64,000 bases of DNA, taken from the NCBI GenBank assembly GCA_018401465.1, contig JAGYKE010000004.1:1207857-1271856 (forward strand), in the 5' to 3' direction. Below, one piece after another: positions 24,833-34,940 of this stretch. The notes below the pieces were generated by a model. The model had not been told where the DNA came from. It did not search any database and worked only from the letters and a program-made list of their open reading frames with translations. The DNA comes from Aestuariivita sp. Lineage in GTDB: Bacteria; Pseudomonadota; Alphaproteobacteria; Rhodobacterales; Rhodobacteraceae. Each line of letters starts with the position of its first letter. Within the stretch, counting starts at the first letter, position 1. The translations under genes were made by a program, and so were the position numbers.

Positions 24833-26737
24833 ATGGCGCTGTCGCGGCGCACGGGGCAACGGTTTCAGGGCTCGATCTGGCCGGGCTTTGTCGATGCGAT
24901 GACCAGCCTTCTGCTGGTGCTGATGTTCGTGCTGACGATCTTCATGATCGTGCAGTTCGTCCTGCGCGAAACCATCTCGGGGCAGGAGGACCGCCTGAAT
25001 GCCCTGTCGGCCGAGATCACGGCGTTGGCCGCTGCGCTGGGGCTGGAAGAACGGCGCGGGAACGAGCTGGAAGCCCGTCTTGGCGCGCTCACCGCGACGC
25101 TGAACGACGCGCAGACCGATCTGAACCGGCAATCGGCGCTGATAGCATCGCTTACCTCGGAACGCGACGCGCAGGATGCCGCGCTGGCCGAGGCGCAGAC
25201 CCGCATCACCAGCTTCGAGGCGCAGGTCGCCGCCCTTCTGACTGAGCGCGACCGCGCGCTGGGCACGGTCGCCGAACTGGAAGGCCTGCGCGATCAATTG
25301 CTGTCGGAACAGGAGGCGCTGAACCTTGCGCTTGCGCGCAGCCGGACGGAAATCGACGCGCAGGCCGAAGCGGCGCGCCTTGCCGCGGCCCGGCGCGAGG
25401 CGCTTGAGGCCCTGATGGTCGATCTTCGCGCGCGCGGTGATGAGGCCGCGGCGCGCATCGGCGCGCTGGAGACCGAGGGCAGCGCGGCAGCTGCCCGGAT
25501 CGACGCGCTTCAGGCGGAACTGTCCGCCGAGGAAGCCGCGCGTCTGGCCGAGGCAGCAGCGGCCGAGGCGCTGCGCGCCCGTCTGCAGAACGCCGATGCC
25601 GAACTCACTGCGATGACGCTCGCGCTGGAGGAACAGCGCCGCCGTGCGGAAGAGACACTGACGCTTCTGGCCGCCGCCGAAGCGGTGCAGGCTGATCTGG
25701 ACGCGAAACTCCTCGCCGCGCTGACGCGTGCCGAGACGGCCGAGGACGAGGTCGCCGCCCGCGCTGCCATCGAGGCCGATCTGGCCGCGGCGCAGGCCGC
25801 GCTCGACGATCAGGAGGCGCTGCGTGCAAGGCTGATCGCCGCGCTTGCCGCGCAGGAGGCGGCCCAGCGCGAAGCCGCCGAACAGATGACGCTGGCCGAA
25901 CAGCGCGCCGCGCTTCTGGCCACCGCGAATCGGACGCTGGCGGAAACCGAAAGCGCCTCCACCGAAAGCCAGCGGCAGGTGGCGCTGCTCAACCAGCAGG
26001 TCGCGGCGCTGCGCACGCAGCTTGGCGAATTGCAGGCCCTTCTTGACGAATCCAAGGCGCGCGATGCGGTGGCACAGGTGCAGTTGCAGACGCTGGGTGC
26101 CGATCTCAACACCGCGCTGGCGCGCGCCGCCGCCGAGGAACGCCGCCGCCGCCAGCTGGAAGAGGCCGAACGCCTTCGTCTCGAAGCCGAGGCCGCCGCA
26201 CTGGCCAGAGAAAAAGAGGCCGAACGTCTCAGGCTTGAAGCGGAAGCCGCTGCTCTGAAAGAGGAAAAGCAGGATCTCGAACGCTTCCGGTCGGAATTCT
26301 TCGGGCGGCTGCGCGATATCCTCGGCGCGCAGGAAGGCGTGCAGATCGTCGGCGACCGTTTCGTCTTTTCGTCCGAGGTGCTGTTCGATCCGGGCCGCGC
26401 CGATCTGTCCGATGAAGGCCGCGTGGAAATTGGCAAGATCGCAGGCCTTCTGCGGTCGATCGCCGTCGATATCCCGCCGGAAATCGACTGGATCATCCGG
26501 GTGGACGGGCACACAGACAATGTGCCGCTGTCGGGCTTCGGCCTCTTTGCCGACAATTGGGAACTGAGCCAGGCGCGCGCCCTGTCGGTCGTGCGCTACA
26601 TGATCGAGGCGCATGGCATCCGGCCCGACCGTCTGGCCGCCAATGGGTTCGCGGAATACCAGCCCATCGCCACCGGCGACAGCGAAGCGGCGCGCGCCCA
26701 GAACCGGCGGATCGAACTGAAGCTGACCGAGCGCTAG
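24833..26737 (+). CDS. MotB-like / OmpA-domain peptidoglycan-binding protein with a very long coiled-coil linker (634 aa)
   Basis: N-terminus WPGFVDAMTSLLLVLMFVLTIFMIV is a MotB-type TM helix with Asp. About 400 aa are Ala/Glu/Arg/Leu-rich. The C-terminal OmpA domain reads ...GHTDNVP...NWELSQARA...NRRIELKL. Only 3 nt lie after the MotA-like gene. Confidence 0.8.
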   Translation: MALSRRTGQRFQGSIWPGFVDAMTSLLLVLMFVLTIFMIVQFVLRETISGQEDRLNALSAEITALAAALGLEERRGNELEARLGALTATLNDAQTDLNRQSALIASLTSERDAQDAALAEAQTRITSFEAQVAALLTERDRALGTVAELEGLRDQLLSEQEALNLALARSRTEIDAQAEAARLAAARREALEALMVDLRARGDEAAARIGALETEGSAAAARIDALQAELSAEEAARLAEAAAAEALRARLQNADAELTAMTLALEEQRRRAEETLTLLAAAEAVQADLDAKLLAALTRAETAEDEVAARAAIEADLAAAQAALDDQEALRARLIAALAAQEAAQREAAEQMTLAEQRAALLATANRTLAETESASTESQRQVALLNQQVAALRTQLGELQALLDESKARDAVAQVQLQTLGADLNTALARAAAEERRRRQLEEAERLRLEAEAAALAREKEAERLRLEAEAAALKEEKQDLERFRSEFFGRLRDILGAQEGVQIVGDRFVFSSEVLFDPGRADLSDEGRVEIGKIAGLLRSIAVDIPPEIDWIIRVDGHTDNVPLSGFGLFADNWELSQARALSVVRYMIEAHGIRPDRLAANGFAEYQPIATGDSEAARAQNRRIELKLTER

Positions 26738-27711
26738 GGAACCTCGGCCGCGATCTGCGCGCTGCCCAGCACGTCATTGCCGCGCATCAGCAGCACCCGG
26801 CCCTGATATTGCCCCGCAGGCCAGCCGCCATTGGGTCGCCGCTTGCCAATGGCGCGGAAAGCTTGGGCCTGCGTGCGGTCGAGCCCGATTTCCTGCGACA
26901 CGACGATGTCGCCCGGGCCGGTCATCTGCATCGACAGGACATCGCCCGCCCGGACGCCCCAGACCAGCGCATGGATCACGATCACATCGGAGGTGCGGGC
27001 GATGGCGGTTTCCGCTGTGCCCGCCTTCACCGAATCGAAATCGGGCATGTGATCGGCAAAGCCGAGGGCCAGAAGCCCGCCCGGCACATAAGGCACGGGA
27101 TCGGACCAGAGCGCGGCGTCCCCCGCAGGTGCCAGCGCGCAGGCGGCGTCATCGCCGGGGCCGAAGGGGTCGATCTCTTCCCCGTTGTGGCGCAGGCTCA
27201 GGTGCAGGTGGGGAAACTGCGTGCGGCCCGAGAGGCCGATCCGGCCCAGCACGTCGCCGGTTTCGACCATGTCGCCGGGGCGCACCGCGACGCTGCCAAG
27301 CGCAAGATGGCAATACTGCGTCTCCCAGCCGTTGCCGTGGTCGATGGCGACGCCATTGCCGCAGTCGCGGCCGCCGACTGCTTCCCGAGTTGCCTCAGAA
27401 TAAAGCTGATCCGCCATGCCGTCGCGCACACCGCGCACCCGGCCCGGGGCGGCGGCCAGCACGTTCACCCCCGCTTCCATCGCGCGCAGGGTGGGCAGGG
27501 CGATGTCGGTGCCGGAATGGCCGTCATAGCTCAGCGGGCCGCAGGTGAAGTCGCGTGCGCCGGGGCCGGGGTCGCGGTCCATGAATTGCTGGATATAGCA
27601 GGTGTCGCCCAGCACGCAGTCGACCGGAAAGCCGAGAAGGGGCGCGTCCTGCGCCCGCGACATGACGGGGCCCATGGCCAGCAACAAGGTGAGAAGGGCA
27701 GGTTTGAACAT
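26734..27711 (-). CDS. M23 family metallopeptidase (secreted)
   Basis: Signal peptide MFKPALLTLLLAMGPVMSRAQD. HSGTDIA, DHGNGWETQYCHL and PHLHLSL are M23 zinc motifs. Confidence 0.88.
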   Translation of the reverse strand: MFKPALLTLLLAMGPVMSRAQDAPLLGFPVDCVLGDTCYIQQFMDRDPGPGARDFTCGPLSYDGHSGTDIALPTLRAMEAGVNVLAAAPGRVRGVRDGMADQLYSEATREAVGGRDCGNGVAIDHGNGWETQYCHLALGSVAVRPGDMVETGDVLGRIGLSGRTQFPHLHLSLRHNGEEIDPFGPGDDAACALAPAGDAALWSDPVPYVPGGLLALGFADHMPDFDSVKAGTAETAIARTSDVIVIHALVWGVRAGDVLSMQMTGPGDIVVSQEIGLDRTQAQAFRAIGKRRPNGGWPAGQYQGRVLLMRGNDVLGSAQIAAEVP

Positions 27712-27759
27712 GACCGCATGTCTAGCCGCCCCGCCCGTCGCGGGGAAGTGGTCAGCGCA

Positions 27760-28299
27760 TCACAGGCCCGACAGCCAATCATCCACAAGAGCATCGAGCG
27801 CGGCCCAGTCGGTGTATTCCGCATCCTTGCCGCGCCGGGTGGTCGGATCCTTCTGCGACTGGATGTAGCGCATCGCCCATGTCGTGAACCAGTTGTATTC
27901 GGTGAAGCGGAAGGCGCCTGCCACATGTTCGACCCGGGCAGGGGCCCAGCCGGTCTCAGTCCTGAAGCGGTCGACACAATCCGCAAGGCCCTCCCGGTCT
28001 TCGGGATCGTCGCCTGCTGCAGCCAGAGAGACCGAGACGAAGAGATTGGGGATCGCGTCAAGCGCCGCCGCCTCGCGCGCGGCCAACGTGACGAGGTCGG
28101 GCTGATACCGCCCGGCATGCACCGACCCGGCCAGGATTGCCGCGGCGGCACCGCCCAGCGCCGGTTCGGATTCCAGCGCGGCCTCTGCCGGCAGGAGTTC
28201 CACCGCATGCCCCGCTGCGGCGATCCGCTGTTGGATGCGGCGGGCGATCCTGCGCGTCTGCCCCTCGGTCGTCGCGTAGATGATCGTGATCTGCATCAT
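27760..28299 (-). CDS. hemG: Flavodoxin-like protein of the HemG (menaquinone-dependent protoporphyrinogen oxidase) family
   Basis: MQITIIYATTEGQTRRIA..., AGAFRFTEYNWF and EYTDWAAL align by eye with E. coli HemG blocks (LILFSTRDGQTREIA, AGALRYPRYRWY, VYTDWEQV). Length about 179 aa. Confidence 0.65.
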   Translation of the reverse strand: MMQITIIYATTEGQTRRIARRIQQRIAAAGHAVELLPAEAALESEPALGGAAAAILAGSVHAGRYQPDLVTLAAREAAALDAIPNLFVSVSLAAAGDDPEDREGLADCVDRFRTETGWAPARVEHVAGAFRFTEYNWFTTWAMRYIQSQKDPTTRRGKDAEYTDWAALDALVDDWLSGL

Positions 28300-28374
28300 G
28301 CGCTCCTCTGTGATTCGGGCAGAGGATGGCATGTGGCGGCGGTGCGGGCCTTGATGCGGGACAGCCAGGGATGC

Positions 28375-28397
28375 AAAAAGGGCGGCCGAAGCCGCCC
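28375..28397 (-). terminator. clpA intrinsic terminator
   Basis: gggcggc-cgaa-gccgccc stem. On the minus strand it is followed by TTTTT (aaaaa at 28375-28379), 24 nt after the clpA stop. Confidence 0.65.
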
Positions 28398-28420
28398 TTT
28401 CGTCTTGTATCTGCGACGTC

Positions 28421-30754
28421 TCAGTCCGCGGTCAGAAGCGGCGGCTTGTTGCCCGTCAGACGCGGCTTGTCCGGCCCCGCGACCTGCAGGTCGAGCTTGC
28501 CGTCACGGACCGTGATCTTGACCACACCGCCCTTGGCGAGCTTGCCGAAGAGAAGTTCTTCCGCGAGCGGCTTCTTGATGTGTTCCTGGATCACGCGGCC
28601 AAGGGGACGCGCGCCCATCTTGTCGTCATAACCCTTTTCGCCCAGCCATTCGGCGGCTGCGCGGGTGAGTTCGATGGACACGCCCCGGTCGATCAGCTGC
28701 GCCTCGAGCTGCATCACGAACTTCTCGACCACCTGCATGATCACGGCCTTCGGCAGCGGCGCGAAGCTGATGACCGCGTCCAGACGGTTGCGGAATTCCG
28801 GCGTGAAAATCCGTTCGATCGCCGCCGTATCCTCGCCCTCGCGCCGGTCGCGTCCGAAGCCGATGGCTTCCTTGGCCTGTTCCGATGCGCCCGCGTTCGA
28901 CGTCATGATGAGGACCACGTTGCGGAAATCCACCGTCCGGCCGTTGTGATCGGTCAATTTGCCGTGGTCCATCACCTGCAGCAGGATGTTGTAGACATCC
29001 GGATGCGCCTTTTCCATTTCATCGAGCAGCAGCACGCAATGCGGGTTCTGGTCGACACCATCGGTCAGCATGCCGCCCTGATCGAAACCAACATAGCCCG
29101 GAGGCGCGCCGATCAGGCGGCTCACCGAATGCTTCTCCATGAATTCCGACATGTCGAAGCGCAGGAGCTCCACGCCCAGCGAGGAGGCCAGCTGTTTTGC
29201 CACTTCGGTCTTGCCGACGCCCGTGGGCCCGGCGAACAGATAGTTGCCGATGGGCTTTTCGGGTTCGCGCAGGCCCGCGCGCGCCAGCTTGATCGCCGAC
29301 GACAGCGCGTCGATGGCCGCGTCCTGGCCGAAGACCACGCGCTTGAGGCTGCCTTCGAGATCCTTCAGCACCTCGGCATCGTCCTTGGAGACGTTCTTCG
29401 GCGGGATGCGGGCGATCTTGGCGACGACCGCTTCGATCTCCTTGGTGCCGATGGTCTTGCGGCGCTTGGCCTCTGACAGCAGATGCTGGGCAGCGCCCGC
29501 CTCGTCGATCACGTCGATGGCCTTGTCCGGCAGCTTGCGGTCGTTGATGTAGCGCGCCGAGAGCTCAACCGCCGTCCGGATGGCGTCGGCGGTGTATTTC
29601 ACGCGGTGGTGATCCTCGAAATAAGGCTTCAGGCCCTTGAGGATCTTCACGGTGTCGTCGACCGAAGGCTCGCTCACATCGATCTTCTGGAACCGGCGCG
29701 ACAGCGCGCGGTCCTTCTCGAAGTGCTGGCGGAATTCCTTGTAGGTGGTCGACCCCATGCAGCGCAGCTTGCCGCCCTGCAGCGCGGGTTTCAGCAGGTT
29801 GGACGCGTCCATCGCGCCGCCGCTCGTCGCGCCTGCGCCGATGACGGTGTGGATCTCGTCGATGAAGAGAACCGCATCGGGGTGATCTTCCAACTCAGAC
29901 ACCACCGCCTTCAGCCGTTCCTCGAAATCGCCGCGATAGCGGGTGCCCGCCAGAAGCGCGCCCATGTCGAGCGAGAAGATCGTCGTCTTCGACAGGACCT
30001 GGGGCACTTCGCCGGTCACGACCTTACGCGCGAGGCCTTCGGCAATGGCCGTTTTGCCCACGCCCGGATCACCCACCAGCAGCGGGTTGTTCTTGCGGCG
30101 GCGGCACAGGACCTGAATGCAGCGTTCCACCTCGGCCTCGCGCCCGATGAGCGGATCGACATCGCCGTGGCGCGCCTTCTGGTTCAGATCGACGCAATAC
30201 TTGCCCAGCGCGCTTTCCTTGTTGTTGCCGGTCGGTTCCTCGGCCTTGGACGACGCGGCGTTCTCCTCCGACGCCGACGTTCCGGTCACGGGGCGGCTTT
30301 CGCCATAGGCGGGGTTCTTGGCCACGCCATGGGCGATGAAGTTCACCGCGTCATAGCGGGTCATGTCCTGTTCCTGCAGGAAATAGGCCGCGTTCGATTC
30401 CCGTTCGGCGAAGATGGCGACCAGCACGTTGGCGCCGGTCACTTCCGACCGGCCCGACGACTGCACATGGATCGCCGCGCGCTGGATGACGCGCTGGAAG
30501 GCCGCCGTCGGCACCGCTTCGGATCCGTCGATATCGGTGACGAGGTTCGACAGATCCTCATCCACGAATTCCACCAGCGTCTTGCGCAGGTCGTCGGTAT
30601 CGACGTTGCAAGCCTTCATCACGCGCGTCGCGTCCGGTTCGTCGAGCAGTGCCAGCAGCAGATGTTCGAGCGTCGCGAATTCGTGACGATGTTCGTTCGC
30701 AAGGGCCAGGGCCGCGTGGATTGCCTGCTCAAGCGTGGTCGAGAATGAAGGCAC
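28421..30754 (-). CDS. clpA: ATP-dependent Clp protease ATP-binding subunit ClpA
   Basis: [37 protein letters not shown]-domain and two AAA+ modules ([16 protein letters not shown]). GTG start at 30754 behind GAGGGAG. Confidence 0.95.
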   Translation of the reverse strand: MPSFSTTLEQAIHAALALANEHRHEFATLEHLLLALLDEPDATRVMKACNVDTDDLRKTLVEFVDEDLSNLVTDIDGSEAVPTAAFQRVIQRAAIHVQSSGRSEVTGANVLVAIFAERESNAAYFLQEQDMTRYDAVNFIAHGVAKNPAYGESRPVTGTSASEENAASSKAEEPTGNNKESALGKYCVDLNQKARHGDVDPLIGREAEVERCIQVLCRRRKNNPLLVGDPGVGKTAIAEGLARKVVTGEVPQVLSKTTIFSLDMGALLAGTRYRGDFEERLKAVVSELEDHPDAVLFIDEIHTVIGAGATSGGAMDASNLLKPALQGGKLRCMGSTTYKEFRQHFEKDRALSRRFQKIDVSEPSVDDTVKILKGLKPYFEDHHRVKYTADAIRTAVELSARYINDRKLPDKAIDVIDEAGAAQHLLSEAKRRKTIGTKEIEAVVAKIARIPPKNVSKDDAEVLKDLEGSLKRVVFGQDAAIDALSSAIKLARAGLREPEKPIGNYLFAGPTGVGKTEVAKQLASSLGVELLRFDMSEFMEKHSVSRLIGAPPGYVGFDQGGMLTDGVDQNPHCVLLLDEMEKAHPDVYNILLQVMDHGKLTDHNGRTVDFRNVVLIMTSNAGASEQAKEAIGFGRDRREGEDTAAIERIFTPEFRNRLDAVISFAPLPKAVIMQVVEKFVMQLEAQLIDRGVSIELTRAAAEWLGEKGYDDKMGARPLGRVIQEHIKKPLAEELLFGKLAKGGVVKITVRDGKLDLQVAGPDKPRLTGNKPPLLTAD

Positions 30755-30937
30755 CTTGGTGCTCCCTCTGTCTGGGCCCGTCGGGGACGGCGCGGGGTGC
30801 GCATACCCCAAGGACCGCGTAAGTCCTCATGGGTTAGAGTTTGGTTGATCGCCGAGCCGCTTCAAGTTTTTTCTTGGCCAACCGGGTCACATTTGTCGTG
30901 ACTGTTGTCGTGGCGCGTGAAAAAGCGGCCCGGGTCG

Positions 30938-31708
30938 TCAGAAGGCATCCTTGCGCTTGCGGATTTCCGCGAAAACGGCTGCCGGATCTGCCCCGTCCAT
31001 CCCCAGATTGCGTTGGATTTCAGGGTCTTTTGCACGCAGGAAAGGGTTCGTCGCCAATTCCTGCGCCAGTGTCGAGGGGACTGTGGCACGCCCGGCGGCA
31101 CGCGCTTCGGTGATCGTCTTGATATGTGACATAAGTGCTGAATTTCCGGGGTCAATGGTCCGTGCGAAGCGGGCATTGGCTTCTGTGTATTCGTGCCCCG
31201 AACAGACCAACGTCTCGGGCGGCAGTGCCGCAAGCTTTGACAGGCTGTCCCACATCTGCGGCAACGTTCCTTCGAACACGCGCCCGCAGCCCAGCGCCAT
31301 CAGGCTGTCGGCGGTGAAGACCACCGCGCTGTCGGGGAAGTGGTAGGCGATGTGGCCCAATGTATGGCCAGACACGTCGATCACCCGGCCCGTTTCGCCG
31401 CCGACATGGACAGCGTCGCCTTCGGCCAGCTTGACGTCGAGATGCGGCAGGCGGTGCGCGTCCGATGCCGCACCCAGAACGCGGGCCTGCGGGTGGGCAG
31501 CGCGCACCTCGTCCAGTCCGCCGACATGATCCCAGTGGTGATGCGTGATCATGATGTCGCTGAGCCGCCAGCCGCGCATGTCGAGCGCGGCGAGGATCGG
31601 CCCGGCCTCGGGAATGTCGACAAGCGCGGTGGCTCCGGTGTCGCCGTCATGGGCCAGAAAAGCGTAATTGTCCGACAGGCAGGGCACCGTCACGATCTGA
31701 AGGGGCAT
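30938..31708 (-). CDS. gloB: Hydroxyacylglutathione hydrolase (glyoxalase II)
   Basis: MPLQIVTVPCLSDNYAFL...ITHHHWDHVGG metallo-beta-lactamase motif plus the GloB C-terminal NPFLR. Confidence 0.92.
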   Translation of the reverse strand: MPLQIVTVPCLSDNYAFLAHDGDTGATALVDIPEAGPILAALDMRGWRLSDIMITHHHWDHVGGLDEVRAAHPQARVLGAASDAHRLPHLDVKLAEGDAVHVGGETGRVIDVSGHTLGHIAYHFPDSAVVFTADSLMALGCGRVFEGTLPQMWDSLSKLAALPPETLVCSGHEYTEANARFARTIDPGNSALMSHIKTITEARAAGRATVPSTLAQELATNPFLRAKDPEIQRNLGMDGADPAAVFAEIRKRKDAF

Positions 31709-31782
31709 GGTCTTTCGCCTTTTCGTTGTTAGACTGCGCTTGGGGTGCGACCCCAGCTTGACCGAACTGGCAGACGCCCGCA

Positions 31783-32529
31783 ATGCATCAGGACGTGCAG
31801 GACTTGCGCAACTTCTACTACCGCAGCACGCTGGGCCGTGCGGTGCAGGCGACGTTGCAGGGCAGGCTGCGCGAAATGTGGCCCGAGGCGAAGGGCCAGA
31901 CCGTCGCGGGCTTCGGCTTTGCCGTGCCGGTTCTGCGGCCTTACCTGTCGGATGCGCGCCGGGTCATCGCGCTCATGCCGGCGCAGCAGGGCGTCATGGC
32001 CTGGCCGCCGGGTCAGCCCAATGTCAGCGCGCTGATCGAGGAAACCGCCTGGCCGGTCGAGACGGGGCATATCGATCGCTTGATCGTGCTGCACGGTCTC
32101 GAAACATCGGAGAACCCCTCGCTCGTGATGGAGGAATGCTGGCGCGCGCTGGGCCCCGGGGGGCGCGGCATCTTCATCGTGCCGAACCGCGCGGGCATCT
32201 GGTCGCGCAGCGACCGCACACCCTTCGGTTTCGGGCGGCCCTATACGCTCGGCCAGCTGGAAAGCCAGCTGCGCCGCCACAGCTTTGCCATCGAGCAGCA
32301 TGTCTCGGTGCTCTATCAGGCGCCGTCGGCGCGGCGCTTCTGGCTCAAGGCCGGGCCGCTGATGGAGCGCGTGGGCCGCCGCATCCCCACAATCCTTGCC
32401 GGCGGGGTTTTCGTGATCGAGGTCTCCAAGCGCGTGAACAACCGCAAGGGCACGCCCGTCCGCCGCGATCCGGTGCGCGCGCTGGGTGTGCTGGAAGGGC
32501 TGACCGAGCCCGTCGCCAAGCCGATCTAG
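31783..32529 (+). CDS. Class I SAM-dependent methyltransferase
   Basis: 248 aa, divergent from gloB. The methyltransferase-type fold (…VAGFGF…DRLIVLHGLE…LGPGGRGIFIVPN) was assigned by eye. Confidence 0.75.
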   Translation: MHQDVQDLRNFYYRSTLGRAVQATLQGRLREMWPEAKGQTVAGFGFAVPVLRPYLSDARRVIALMPAQQGVMAWPPGQPNVSALIEETAWPVETGHIDRLIVLHGLETSENPSLVMEECWRALGPGGRGIFIVPNRAGIWSRSDRTPFGFGRPYTLGQLESQLRRHSFAIEQHVSVLYQAPSARRFWLKAGPLMERVGRRIPTILAGGVFVIEVSKRVNNRKGTPVRRDPVRALGVLEGLTEPVAKPI

Positions 32530-32804
32530 GCCGTTTCGGCACGTCTTTTGTCGAAATGCCGGACAGGAATCGTCGGAAAATTTTGCCGCAGCGCGGCTTT
32601 TTCCGGGCCGTGCGGTGGGCGCAAACGGTCGCAGTTTTGGCAAGATATTGAAAAGTCTGAATAACCGGCTTTGGACAATCTTCTGATGCCATGTTGCGGG
32701 GTTGGGGAGGCTCTGCTACATCGGCGCTGATTTTGCAGGCCGGGGCATCACCCCGCGCCTTGTGACGTCCCCGAAGCCGCTTTCGGGGCCAGACAATCAA
32801 AGGG

Positions 32805-33371
32805 GTGGACGTGTCCGAACCAGCTTCGATTTCCGCGGGCATCGCAGATCGCTATGCCACCGCGATATTCGAGATCGCGCAAGAGGCAAAAGACCTCGAC
32901 GGCCTCGAAAAGGGCGTAAACGACCTTGCCGAGGCGCTGGATGCCAGCGCCGACCTGCGCGACCTGATCTCTTCTCCGGTGATCAGCCGTGCAGAACAGG
33001 GCGCCGCCATAGACGCCATCGCAGCGAAGATGGGCCTGCACGCGGTGCTGGCGAACACGCTCAGCCTCATGTCGCAGAAGCGCCGGCTGTTCGTTCTGCC
33101 GCAGCTCGTCAAGGCGCTGCGCGCGCGGCTGGCCGATCACCGGGGCGAAGTGACCGCCGAAGTGATCAGCGCCAAGGCGCTGACCAAGGCGCAGTCCGAC
33201 AAGCTGGCAAAGACATTGTCGGGCCGCTTCGGAAAGACTATCACCGTTGAAACGCGCGTCGATGAAAGCATCATCGGCGGATTGATCGTCAAAGTGGGCT
33301 CGAAGATGATCGATACGTCGATCGCGTCCCGGCTCAGCTCCCTCCAGAATGCAATGAAAGAGGTCGGATAA
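32805..33371 (+). CDS. atpH: F1 ATP synthase subunit delta (OSCP)
   Basis: ISAGIADRYATAIFEIA...IGGLIVKVGSKMIDTSI are delta-subunit hallmarks. The start is GTG 32805 or, more likely, GTG 32811 behind AAAGGGG. Confidence 0.9.
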   Translation: MDVSEPASISAGIADRYATAIFEIAQEAKDLDGLEKGVNDLAEALDASADLRDLISSPVISRAEQGAAIDAIAAKMGLHAVLANTLSLMSQKRRLFVLPQLVKALRARLADHRGEVTAEVISAKALTKAQSDKLAKTLSGRFGKTITVETRVDESIIGGLIVKVGSKMIDTSIASRLSSLQNAMKEVG

Positions 33372-34910
33372 ATGGGTATCCAAGCGGCAGAGATTTCTGC
33401 GATCCTGAAGGACCAGATCAAGAACTTCGGCAAGGAAGCCGAAGTGGCCGAAGTCGGCCGGGTGCTGAGCGTCGGCGACGGTATCGCCCGCGTCCATGGC
33501 CTCGACAACGTGCAGGCCGGCGAGATGGTCGAGTTTCCCGGCGGCATCATGGGGATGGCGCTGAACCTCGAAGCCGACAACGTCGGTATCGTGATCTTCG
33601 GCTCGGACCGCGACATCAAGGAAGGCGACACCGTCAAGCGCACCAAGTCGATCGTGGACGTGCCCGCGGGCAAGGGCCTTCTGGGCCGTGTCGTCGACGC
33701 GCTGGGCAACCCGCTGGACGGCAAGGGCCCGATCAAGGCCGCCGAACGCCGCATCGCTGACGTCAAGGCGCCCGGCATCATCCCGCGCCGGTCGGTGCAT
33801 GAACCGATGGCAACCGGCCTCAAGTCGGTCGACGCCATGATCCCGATCGGCCGTGGTCAGCGCGAACTCATCATCGGCGACCGCCAGACCGGCAAGACGG
33901 CCGTGGCGCTCGACACGATCCTGAACCAGAAGGTCTACAACGAAGCCGCAGGCGACGACGAAGGCAAGAAGCTTTATTGCGTCTATGTCGCCGTGGGCCA
34001 GAAGCGGTCGACCGTCGCGCAGCTGGTGAAGAAGCTGGAAGAAGCCGGCGCGATGGAATACTCCATCGTGGTCGCGGCGACCGCATCGGACCCCGCGCCG
34101 ATGCAGTTTCTCGCTCCCTATTCGGCGACGGCGATGGCGGAATACTTCCGCGACAACGGCATGCACGCGCTCATCATCTATGATGACCTCTCCAAGCAGG
34201 CCGTGTCCTATCGCCAGATGTCGCTGCTGCTGCGCCGCCCGCCCGGTCGCGAAGCCTATCCCGGCGACGTGTTCTACCTGCACTCGCGCCTGCTGGAACG
34301 GTCGGCGAAGCTCAACAGCGATCATGGTTCGGGTTCGCTCACCGCGCTGCCGATCATCGAAACCCAGGCGGGCGACGTGTCGGCCTATATCCCGACCAAC
34401 GTGATCTCGATCACCGACGGTCAGATCTTCCTTGAAACGGAACTCTTCTATCAGGGCGTCCGCCCCGCCGTGAACACCGGTCTGTCGGTGTCGCGCGTGG
34501 GTTCTTCGGCGCAGACCAACGCGATGAAGTCGGTCGCGGGTCCGGTGAAGCTGGAACTGGCGCAGTATCGCGAAATGGCGGCCTTCGCGCAGTTCGGCTC
34601 GGACCTCGACGCCGCGACGCAGCAGCTGCTGAACCGCGGCGCGCGCCTGACCGAACTGATGAAGCAGCCCCAGTATTCCCCGCTGACCAATGCGGAAATC
34701 GTCTGCATCATCTTTGCGGGCACGCAGGGGTATCTCGACAAGGTCCCGGTCCGCGATGTGGGCCGCTACGAGGCTGGCCTGCTCGCCTTCCTGCGCGGCA
34801 AGCACAAAGACGTCCTCGACTGGATCACCACCGAAGATCCGAAGATCAAGGATGACGCCGCCAAGAAGATCAAGGCTGTTCTTGACGAATACGCCGCGAC
34901 CTTCGCTTGA
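33372..34910 (+). CDS. atpA: F1 ATP synthase subunit alpha
   Basis: 512 aa with GDRQTGKT Walker A and a conserved alpha-subunit sequence throughout. Confidence 0.98.
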   Translation: MGIQAAEISAILKDQIKNFGKEAEVAEVGRVLSVGDGIARVHGLDNVQAGEMVEFPGGIMGMALNLEADNVGIVIFGSDRDIKEGDTVKRTKSIVDVPAGKGLLGRVVDALGNPLDGKGPIKAAERRIADVKAPGIIPRRSVHEPMATGLKSVDAMIPIGRGQRELIIGDRQTGKTAVALDTILNQKVYNEAAGDDEGKKLYCVYVAVGQKRSTVAQLVKKLEEAGAMEYSIVVAATASDPAPMQFLAPYSATAMAEYFRDNGMHALIIYDDLSKQAVSYRQMSLLLRRPPGREAYPGDVFYLHSRLLERSAKLNSDHGSGSLTALPIIETQAGDVSAYIPTNVISITDGQIFLETELFYQGVRPAVNTGLSVSRVGSSAQTNAMKSVAGPVKLELAQYREMAAFAQFGSDLDAATQQLLNRGARLTELMKQPQYSPLTNAEIVCIIFAGTQGYLDKVPVRDVGRYEAGLLAFLRGKHKDVLDWITTEDPKIKDDAAKKIKAVLDEYAATFA

Positions 34911-34940
34911 CGCGAGCCCGTCTAATAAGGGGATTGGGCA

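Noticed and set aside
23666-26614. 982-aa minus-strand ORF
   Set aside because: It is antisense to the MotA-like and MotB-like genes. Its composition is Arg/Gly/Gln/Phe-rich and repetitive because it mirrors the coiled-coil codons, and there are no domain signatures.
23630-26737. Interpretation of the MotAB-like pair as a Zorya anti-phage system
   Set aside because: Zorya has its long tail on the cytoplasmic side of ZorA and needs ZorC/ZorD (or ZorE) effector genes. Here the coil is on the periplasmic B subunit and no helicase, nuclease or other effector gene is adjacent. The neighbours are ChaC and an M23 peptidase. The pair is kept as an uncharacterised stator, not called a defence system.
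32530-32804. Possible small ORF or riboswitch in the 275-nt atp operon leader
   Set aside because: The only ORF (31 aa, MPDRNRRKIL...) is the tail of a junk frame. I see one short hairpin (ccccgaa-gccgct-ttcgggg at about 32770-32789) but no recognisable riboswitch architecture. It is left as an unannotated promoter/leader.
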